In this document: one piece after another, positions 35,176-43,266 of the stretch
Layout of the letters: each line of letters begins with the position of its first letter
Numbering within the stretch: position 1 is the stretch's first letter
From: Alphaproteobacteria bacterium
GTDB taxonomy: Bacteria > Pseudomonadota > Alphaproteobacteria > Micavibrionales > Micavibrionaceae
Assembly (NCBI GenBank): GCA_030636745.1
Contig: DAOVWH010000001.1
Coordinates: 1-43,266, forward strand
DNA: 43,266 nucleotides
Direction of reading: 5' to 3'
The notes under the pieces: model-generated
What the model was told of the DNA's origin: nothing
Seen by the model: only the letters and a program-made list of their open reading frames with translations
Databases searched by the model: none
Made by a program: the position numbers and the translations under genes

Positions 35176-38112
35176 ATGGATCAGAATACGCAACAGCGCG
35201 CACACACAAATAACAACACAACGCAACACAACTCTGATTTAGCAAATAAGATACAAAACCTATATCATAACTATGAAAAGACAAACCACGATAATCCGTT
35301 TGTCAGTCCGGTTCTGAAATTATCTCTGCACATTAGTCGCATGCTGGAAAATCAAGAGCTTACACCAGAAGACTTAAACACAATTATTAAGCACTTCACT
35401 CTTGATTCACTCGAACGCCGCGCACGCCATATGGCTAAATATTACGCTCAGTGTAATGAAGATAAAAACTTACAAACATTGAATAAACTCTTTACAGACC
35501 TTACAAAAGGTGAGGATAAAAAAATTACGTCTTTTGATAATTTTCAAAAACGTATCGAACACTTGTTCTATGGCTTCGTTTTTACAGCTCATCCAACCTT
35601 TTCAATGTCTTTGGGTCTATCGCGTGCACTCATTAATTACGCAGCTTCCCTTGCTGGAGCAAAAGACAAAAAAACGTTTGAAGACATACGCAAAGCTTAT
35701 GAAGAAAAACCGTACTCTCCCCTCGATCTTAAAACAGAAACAAATTTTTCTCTTCTGGCAATAGACAATTTACACGATGCTTTCGAGCAAATGATCCGCA
35801 TTGCTTTCAATGTTGCAAAAAAAGCCTACCCCGATCAATGGCTACAATTACGCCCAAATCTAAGCTCAATTGCGACATGGGTTGGCTTTGACATTGATGG
35901 ACGTAAAGACATTCAATGGGCAAAAACATTCGAAAACCGTATCGAGCTTCAAGTTCGCCAGCTCAACTCATATCAGAAAAATATTGTCCAGTTGATTGAT
36001 ATATATGGAGAAAATAAAACCGCATTCCTGATACCCTTATTAAAAGATATCAAGAACACGCATGATCTAATGAAAGATCATGGATATTTCTTCTCTAAAT
36101 ACAATCAATTTGTAGATCCTAACTTACAACAGCTACAAGAAGCATCCAAAGCATTAATCCAAAGCGCAGATAAACGCCTCTTAAGTGCTAAACCTCTTAT
36201 CAAAGTAATAGAAAAAGCTTTGCCGGAAGTGACAGATAAAAAGCTCACGACCGATCTTCTTATCCTTTTAACCCAACTCAAAACTTTTGGCCTAAGCCGG
36301 GCAAATGTGCATTTCCGCATCAATGCCAACCAAATACACAACGCCATTAATAACCACTTGCACTTGGAAACGCATCCAGACAATGCTTCACACCGTCATG
36401 CTTATATAAGTGGTATTAACGGCCTGCTTAAAGACGTCAAACCAGTTAACATTCATTTCGGTGACATTGCTGACGAGGAAATGACTGCGCGTTACGAGTT
36501 CATGCTTATTCAGCAAATTGTTCAATATATCGATAATGATTGCATTATCCGCTTTCTAATCGCAGAAACCGAGAGCGCTTTTACCCTGTTAACAGCACTC
36601 TACTACGCTAAATTGTTCAAAGTTGAGCAACATGTTGATATTTGCCCCCTCTTTGAAACAGAACGCGCTCTGCAAAATGGTTCACGCTATTATCAGACGT
36701 TACTAAAAAACAACCATTTCAAAACCTATATCCGGCACAGAAAACGCTTAAGCGTCCAAACAGGTTATTCAGATGCCGGACGCTATATCGGCCAACCTGC
36801 TGCTGGGGCCTATATTGAACGCTTGAAAGAACGTATTATTAATTTATTTGACGATACGAAGTTAGGTGATGACGTTTCCCTGCTCTTTTTTGATACGCAT
36901 GGAGAATCAGTTGGCCGTGGGGGACACCCACTTAGCTATACAGAGCGCCTGCGCTATATATGCTCTCCATATCTTCTATGCACACTAGCTCAGAAAAATA
37001 TCAACTACACTCAAGAGAGCAGTTATCAAGGCGGAGATGGATTTCTACCATTCTTTAACAAATCCACGACATTGGCGTTGTTAACCCGCAGCATCGAATA
37101 CTTCTCAAGTTCCCATACGAATAAATGCTGCACTGAAGATCCATATTATACATCCCCGGCGAGAAAAGAGGTTGCCGAGTTCTTCTCAGCCTCCACGAAC
37201 ATTCAGGTTGATCTGGTTAAAAACCCACATTACGCAAACTTGCTGGCTACGATTGGTACAAATATGATGTCCCCTTCCGGTAGCCGCGCAGTTAAACGCT
37301 CAAAAAACGCCAAGGTAAAGCGTGCAGAAATAAGCCACTTCCGCGCCATTCCACATAATGCAATATTGGGACAATACGGCCTTCTAGCCAATACAATTAC
37401 CGGACTTGGCCGCGCTTTTCATGAACATGCCAACTTTGCCAATGAATTGGAGCAAAAATCAGAACGCCTGAAATCCATATTCTCACTAAGCGACTATGCT
37501 TTTAGCCTATCTAATCCGCAAATTATGAAAGCCTATATCAGCTTGTTCAATCCAACATTTTGGCTAACTCTGGCACAGAACCACCCGGATTTAGCGCGTT
37601 CAAACCAATTATCTATAATCGCCAGCCACCTCGAAAAAAGCGGACATCATGACGGCATTATGAGCATATACCGACACTTTGCGTGGGATTACACTATGTT
37701 AAAGCGCCATCGCAGTATCAGTAACACAGAAGATGCTGAAAAGATCGTCAATATGGCCTGTCTTCACGCACTGCGCATAGCACTTATCCGCAAAATCTAT
37801 ATTCTGGCTATGGATATACCGCGCTTTAACCCGCAGCATTCCACAACCCGCAGGGACTTGAATGATATTATTTTCAAGCTGGATATTGATCATGCCGCCG
37901 ATTTATTAGAAGTTATCTTCCCCGCACATGATGACGAGGCAAGGACTTATGATTTTGGTGAGATTTCCGAATACCAACAACAAAAAGAAGAAAAAGGGGA
38001 AGTCGGATACAGCACTATCCGCAATAACATCACGATTCCATTGCAAAATACACATAAGCAGATTCATGATATCTCTACAGCACTAGCCCACTATATGGGT
38101 TTCTTTGGATAA
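35176..38112 (+). CDS. Phosphoenolpyruvate carboxylase-like protein, divergent
   Basis: PEPC-type landmarks are FVFTAHPTF (canonical VLTAHPTE), VQTGYSDAGRYIG (canonical GYSDSxKDxG), LLFFDTHGESVGRGGHP (canonical FHGRGGxxGRGGxP) and FRAIPHNAILGQYG (canonical LRAIPWxFxWTQxR). The C-terminus is MGFFG rather than NTG. The ATG is at 35176; the ORF opens with GTG at 35167. Confidence 0.75.
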   Translation: MDQNTQQRAHTNNNTTQHNSDLANKIQNLYHNYEKTNHDNPFVSPVLKLSLHISRMLENQELTPEDLNTIIKHFTLDSLERRARHMAKYYAQCNEDKNLQTLNKLFTDLTKGEDKKITSFDNFQKRIEHLFYGFVFTAHPTFSMSLGLSRALINYAASLAGAKDKKTFEDIRKAYEEKPYSPLDLKTETNFSLLAIDNLHDAFEQMIRIAFNVAKKAYPDQWLQLRPNLSSIATWVGFDIDGRKDIQWAKTFENRIELQVRQLNSYQKNIVQLIDIYGENKTAFLIPLLKDIKNTHDLMKDHGYFFSKYNQFVDPNLQQLQEASKALIQSADKRLLSAKPLIKVIEKALPEVTDKKLTTDLLILLTQLKTFGLSRANVHFRINANQIHNAINNHLHLETHPDNASHRHAYISGINGLLKDVKPVNIHFGDIADEEMTARYEFMLIQQIVQYIDNDCIIRFLIAETESAFTLLTALYYAKLFKVEQHVDICPLFETERALQNGSRYYQTLLKNNHFKTYIRHRKRLSVQTGYSDAGRYIGQPAAGAYIERLKERIINLFDDTKLGDDVSLLFFDTHGESVGRGGHPLSYTERLRYICSPYLLCTLAQKNINYTQESSYQGGDGFLPFFNKSTTLALLTRSIEYFSSSHTNKCCTEDPYYTSPARKEVAEFFSASTNIQVDLVKNPHYANLLATIGTNMMSPSGSRAVKRSKNAKVKRAEISHFRAIPHNAILGQYGLLANTITGLGRAFHEHANFANELEQKSERLKSIFSLSDYAFSLSNPQIMKAYISLFNPTFWLTLAQNHPDLARSNQLSIIASHLEKSGHHDGIMSIYRHFAWDYTMLKRHRSISNTEDAEKIVNMACLHALRIALIRKIYILAMDIPRFNPQHSTTRRDLNDIIFKLDIDHAADLLEVIFPAHDDEARTYDFGEISEYQQQKEEKGEVGYSTIRNNITIPLQNTHKQIHDISTALAHYMGFFG

Positions 38113-38152
38113 AGATATAATCCGGTAATTATAAAGCACTGCCCAAAACATG

Positions 38153-38168
38153 TGTTATCGAGATAACA
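38153..38168. promoter_or_regulatory. Palindrome TGTTATC-GA-GATAACA (possible operator, Fur/Zur-box-like half-sites)
   Basis: The 7-2-7 inverted repeat is perfect. It lies in the 148-nt gap between the PEPC-like gene and the SDR gene, about 95 nt upstream of the SDR ATG. No downstream T-run follows, so it is unlikely to be a terminator. Confidence 0.3.
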
Positions 38169-38260
38169 ACACATAGAAAGGGATTCTTAGTAGGGTAGAC
38201 AGCTCGGCACTAATGTGGAATAATTCCTTCGTTTTTATCTAACCTTAAAAGGGACTAATC

Positions 38261-38980
38261 ATGAGAACAGTATTAATTACAGGAGGCACCTCTGGTATTG
38301 GTGCCGTAACAGCGCGAGCTTTCAAAGATGCAGGCTATAATGTAGTTGTGAACAATGTTTTTGACGATGAGCCAACAGCAAAATTCAAGGAAGAAACAGG
38401 TATCCCCGCTTATATCTGGGACGTTACGGATTTTGACGGATGTGCCAAAGGTGTTGCTCAAGTCATCGAAGAACATGGTGCTATTGATATTTTGGTCAAT
38501 AATGCAGGAATTATCCGCGATGCCATGCTTCACAAAATGGACCCGGATAAGTGGAACTCCGTGATTAACGTAAACTTGAATTCTGCATACAATATGTGTC
38601 ATGCCGTGATTAATCATATGAGAGAACGTAAATACGGTCGCATTGTTTCAATCGGCTCTGTAAACGGTCTAGCCGGACAAATGGGGCAAACTAACTACTC
38701 CGCGACAAAAGCGGGTATTATTGGTTTCACCAAAGCTTTGGCTCGCGAAACATCTCGCAAAGGCATCACAGTAAACGTTGTAGCTCCTGGATATGTGAAC
38801 ACAGCTATGATGCAAGACATCCCCGAAGATATTTTAGCTGGAATCGTTGATTCTGTTCCTGTTGGCCGTTTAGCAGAACCTGAAGAAATCGCCCACGCAG
38901 TACTTTTCCTTGCTGATGAAAATTCAGGCTTCATCACAGGCGAAACACTTTCCATTAATGGCGGTCTTTACATGCAGTAA
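38261..38980 (+). CDS. SDR-family oxidoreductase, acetoacetyl-CoA reductase (PhaB)-like
   Basis: Contains VLITGGTSGIG, NNAG, YSATKAG and the C-terminal LSINGGLYMQ. Length is 239 aa. It is a second FabG-type paralog in the window. Confidence 0.85.
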   Translation: MRTVLITGGTSGIGAVTARAFKDAGYNVVVNNVFDDEPTAKFKEETGIPAYIWDVTDFDGCAKGVAQVIEEHGAIDILVNNAGIIRDAMLHKMDPDKWNSVINVNLNSAYNMCHAVINHMRERKYGRIVSIGSVNGLAGQMGQTNYSATKAGIIGFTKALARETSRKGITVNVVAPGYVNTAMMQDIPEDILAGIVDSVPVGRLAEPEEIAHAVLFLADENSGFITGETLSINGGLYMQ

Positions 38981-39013
38981 TTAACTTTGCTGAAAAATTT
39001 ATTTAAGATGAGG

Positions 39014-39047
39014 ATGGCTGAATAATCTTTAGCCGTTCTCTTTTTAT
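39014..39047 (+). terminator. Weak hairpin plus T-tract between the convergent SDR and sigma54-activator genes
   Basis: ATGGCT-GAATAATCTTT-AGCCGT is followed by TCTCTTTTTATTT. The stem is only 6 bp and includes one G:U pair. Confidence 0.3.
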
Positions 39048-39053
39048 TTATGC

Positions 39054-40466
39054 CTATTTTTTCAGCTTTTTATAAAAAGTTGATTTAGCCATCCCTAGAG
39101 CTTTTGCTGCTTGGGTGACATTATGGTCAAAATAATCAAGAGCAATGCGCATTGCTTCTTTCTCTATCTCATCAATTGGCTTGAATTTACCATTATCTAA
39201 TACGACACGTATCTGACCAATATCGCCAAGCTCGTCTTGAAAGTATTTTTTAACACTATACTCTACCCCCTTGTTATCAAAGGATTCATCCTGAAAAAGA
39301 ACATCGTCAACACCCAATATGTTGTTTTCACTAACAACCATCGCCCTATTAATAACATTTTCCAGTTCACGCACATTTCCTGGCCAACTATACTCCATCA
39401 AAGAAGCTTCTAATACAGTGGACAGATCCTTGGGAACGCCGCCCTCCCGAATACAAAACCGCTCTACAAAATGAGAAGCTAATGGCAAAACATCACCTTT
39501 ACGCTGAGATAATGATGGCAGATTAATTGAAAGAACATTCAAACGAAAATATAAATCTTCACGAAAAGCCCCTTTCTTAACCTCCTTATATAAATTACGA
39601 TTCGTTGCAGATATAACTCTAATATTTACTGGCAAAGGCCTTCCGGCACCAACAGGCTCAACTTCTTTTTGTTGTAACACCCTCAACAATTTAACCTGCA
39701 TCTCCAGCGGCAATTCGCCAACTTCATCGAGAAAGATCACCCCGCCCTCAGCTTCACGGAACTTTCCAATCACTTTTTCCGTCGCGCCAGTAAAAGCGCC
39801 CTTCTCGTGACCAAAAAGTGTGCTTTCAACAAGCTGCGGCGGTATAGCACCGCAATTCACCGCAATAAAAGGATAATCAGCACGCACACTTTCCCCGTGG
39901 ATAGCACGCGCAAAAACCTCCTTCCCCGTTCCTGTGTCTCCACTAATCAAAACAGCAATGTCAGACCGAGCAGCTTTACGCCCCAAAGCCACAGGATCGC
40001 TCAACCCCGTGTCATGTCCAATCAAATTATCAAAATGCAGCGCCCCTTCTTGTTGGCGTTTAAGCCGCGCAACTTCCTTGGTAAGCGTACCAAGCTTAAG
40101 CGCATTTTTAACCGTTATCACCATGCGTTCCACTTCATAGGGCTTAACCAGAAAATCCATAGCTCCCAAGTGCATAGCCTTAACTACATCATCAATATCA
40201 CGACTACCAGTTAGCATAATTACAGGAAGAACTGGATATTTTTGACGAATAATTTCCAGAGCTTCCATTCCGCCCATAACCGGCATGCTAACATCTAAAA
40301 TAACAAGCTTTATGGACTGAACATTTTCATTCTCTTCCAGCTTCACCAATGCTTCACGCCCATTTCTTGCCTGAAGTGAGTTAAACCCCATACGTCGATG
40401 CAATAGCCTAGACAACATCTTACTTTGTGTTTCATCGTCTTCTACGATCAAAACCGGATACGTCAT
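39054..40466 (-). CDS. Sigma54-dependent response regulator (REC-AAA+-Fis HTH; NtrC/LuxO type)
   Basis: The REC domain shows VLIVEDDE…LVILDVSMP…LTG…KP. The AAA+ domain shows Walker A GDTGTGKE, an intact GAFTGA loop (HEKGAFTGA), Walker B GGVIFLDEVGEL and WPGNVRELEN. The C-terminal HTH reads NVTQAAKALGMAKSTFYKKLKK. Confidence 0.93.
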   Translation of the reverse strand: MTYPVLIVEDDETQSKMLSRLLHRRMGFNSLQARNGREALVKLEENENVQSIKLVILDVSMPVMGGMEALEIIRQKYPVLPVIMLTGSRDIDDVVKAMHLGAMDFLVKPYEVERMVITVKNALKLGTLTKEVARLKRQQEGALHFDNLIGHDTGLSDPVALGRKAARSDIAVLISGDTGTGKEVFARAIHGESVRADYPFIAVNCGAIPPQLVESTLFGHEKGAFTGATEKVIGKFREAEGGVIFLDEVGELPLEMQVKLLRVLQQKEVEPVGAGRPLPVNIRVISATNRNLYKEVKKGAFREDLYFRLNVLSINLPSLSQRKGDVLPLASHFVERFCIREGGVPKDLSTVLEASLMEYSWPGNVRELENVINRAMVVSENNILGVDDVLFQDESFDNKGVEYSVKKYFQDELGDIGQIRVVLDNGKFKPIDEIEKEAMRIALDYFDHNVTQAAKALGMAKSTFYKKLKK

Positions 40467-40606
40467 CTGTTTTCCTTTTCATTGTTCGTGGACATAATTT
40501 ACCACAACAAAACGCAAAAGAATTTAACCAATACGTGTGTATTCAAATCTCTTGTAGCCTATTTTTATACAAACATAATTACTCAAAAAAAACCGTCTAT
40601 TATAGA

Positions 40607-40625
40607 GAGAAAAACTGTTTTTCTC
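40607..40625. promoter_or_regulatory. Palindrome GAGAAAAA-CTG-TTTTTCTC, candidate upstream activator site
   Basis: The 8-3-8 inverted repeat is perfect. Its centre lies about 85 nt upstream of the -24 element, the usual distance for enhancer-binding-protein sites. It is A/T-rich, so chance cannot be excluded. Confidence 0.25.
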
Positions 40626-40659
40626 ATTTTCATACGTTCGATTATAAGAAAATCATTCC

Positions 40660-40683
40660 AATCAATTTAGTAACTAATTGATT
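40660..40683. promoter_or_regulatory. Inverted repeat AATCAATT-N8-AATTGATT containing an IHF-consensus match
   Basis: The minus strand of 40671-40683 reads AATCAATTAGTTA, which fits WATCAANNNNTTR. It lies directly upstream of the -24 element. Confidence 0.25.
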
Positions 40684-40699
40684 TATATGCAAAACTATT

Positions 40700-40715
40700 T
40701 GGCACAACTTTTGCG
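40700..40715 (+). promoter_or_regulatory. Sigma54 (-24/-12) promoter TGGCACaactTTTGCg
   Basis: TGGCAC lies at 40700-40705 and TTGC at 40711-40714. The spacing between the -24 GG and the -12 GC matches the TGGCAC-N5-TTGC consensus exactly. It is about 100 nt upstream of the ATG at 40818 and divergent from the sigma54 activator gene. Confidence 0.7.
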
Positions 40716-40817
40716 CTATTAAACAGATAAATATATAGATTTTTGGTTGAATTTTTTTATAATTGCTCTGGGGTAACAATCAAGGAGAATTACTTTTGGT
40801 TAGGGAAGGATTAGGTC

Positions 40818-41708
40818 ATGCAGATTATCTCACAAAGCAGCGAAAACCACTTGTTACAAGATTTAAGATCCCTTTGGCAAAACAACACACAATACAGGTG
40901 CTTGCAATTTAAATTTTCCCAAACTGAAAAATATAACGATGAATGGCCTGATTTAATATCAGCAGAATTAACATTGTTTTTCGAAGACGTGTTTTTGGAT
41001 GTATATGTCTGTAAAGATCACGATATTTTTATTATCAACCGGACGATGACACATAAACGTGTCGCACAATTTCTAACCCACCTAGGACCAAAACTTGGGC
41101 CAGCCCGTGACGAAATATCCGGGCTAGCCTCTCTTTATGAAATTGGTATAGATTGGGCAATACTGCGATCTATTTGCGAGAAAAAAATTGATACTATCAG
41201 ATTAGAAAGATACATAGCCAAACAAGGAAAAGAGAGTAAACACCACAAAGACGATATAAACACAGAAGAAAAATCACAAACAATTAAAGAAGCCAACGAA
41301 GAAATGGTTCTCTCCCTCCCTCGCCGACGCAAAAATCGTAAAGTAACAGAGATTTTAGTCGTCGAAGACGATCCACTATCTCAACGTCTTATAGGTAACG
41401 CTTTAAAAGATACACATAGCTACACAATTATAGGCGAAGGAAAAAAAGCATGTATGACATATCTTATAAAAGCACCAGATATATTGTTCCTTGATATTGG
41501 ATTACCCGACATCAGCGGCCATGAGGTTTTAAAGAGTATTTTTGAAATAGATCCAGAAGCCTATGTTGTAATGTTCAGCGGCAATGGAGATAAAGAAAAC
41601 GTTCTTAAAGCTATCGATGTCGGGGCAAAAGGTTTTTTAGGAAAGCCATTTACACTCGACAAACTAATGCAATACATTGAAAAATCACCACACATAAAAG
41701 GAAAATAG
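40818..41708 (+). CDS. Response-regulator-like protein: unrecognised N-terminal domain (about 165 aa) plus C-terminal receiver
   Basis: The REC domain shows EILVVEDDPLSQRL…ILFLDIGLPDISG…VVMFSG…GKPF, with the acidic pocket, phospho-acceptor Asp, Ser and Lys all present. The N-terminal domain has no motif I recognise. GGAAGGA lies upstream of the ATG. Confidence 0.85.
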   Translation: MQIISQSSENHLLQDLRSLWQNNTQYRCLQFKFSQTEKYNDEWPDLISAELTLFFEDVFLDVYVCKDHDIFIINRTMTHKRVAQFLTHLGPKLGPARDEISGLASLYEIGIDWAILRSICEKKIDTIRLERYIAKQGKESKHHKDDINTEEKSQTIKEANEEMVLSLPRRRKNRKVTEILVVEDDPLSQRLIGNALKDTHSYTIIGEGKKACMTYLIKAPDILFLDIGLPDISGHEVLKSIFEIDPEAYVVMFSGNGDKENVLKAIDVGAKGFLGKPFTLDKLMQYIEKSPHIKGK

Positions 41709-41797
41709 CATTAATGTATTCTACTTTTAATTCGGCCATTTACCGTATTAACTTAATAAACACAATAAAGTACTTACAAAACGTGTAGGAGTAAAAA

Positions 41798-43266
<1,469 letters not shown>

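Noticed and set aside
40425-40681. 81- and 84-aa ORFs in the sigma54 control region
   Set aside because: They overlap the divergent promoter and enhancer region and the start of the activator gene. Their composition is low-complexity.
40716-40817. Possibility that the sigma54 promoter drives a Qrr-like small RNA, as with LuxO
   Set aside because: No GC-rich hairpin with a T-tract terminator lies between the promoter and the ATG at 40818. The simplest reading is a roughly 90-nt mRNA leader.

Overview
This is a 43.3-kb, visibly AT-rich bacterial chromosomal segment. The housekeeping gene order looks alphaproteobacterial: alaS, TPR-ispE, PBP1A, mlaFE, alr-dnaB, rplI-rpsR-rpsF without priB/ssb, fabD/fabG and ndk. 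I saw no rRNA, CRISPR array, integrase or transposase. About 33 coding regions are supportable, plus one intact tRNA-Trp(CCA) and one decayed partial copy of it.

The main observations beyond ordinary annotation are:
1. The right end (39.0-43.3 kb) holds a signalling module. An NtrC/LuxO-type sigma54 activator is divergently transcribed from a textbook -24/-12 promoter. That promoter drives two paralogous proteins (unrecognised N-terminal domain plus C-terminal receiver) and a membrane PAS-like histidine kinase that runs off the window.
2. A dispersed about 23-bp repeat family (TATTCTTAAGTGAARCTACTATA) sits at gene ends. One inverted pair delimits a 216-bp MITE-like unit, and one copy supplies the stop codon of zur.
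3. An inverted duplication of the tRNA-Trp promoter and 5' part brackets a 904-aa polytopic membrane protein gene.
4. The fab cluster is interrupted by an opposite-strand orphan ORF and lacks acpP/fabF.
5. A PEP-carboxylase-like protein has substituted signature residues.
6. A small PhoH / DUF3658-like / 41-aa hydrophobic peptide / XRE islet lies upstream of ndk.
7. Two secreted or membrane-anchored hypothetical proteins look like tandem paralogs.

All functional calls rest on motif recognition by eye in the supplied translations. No database search was possible.
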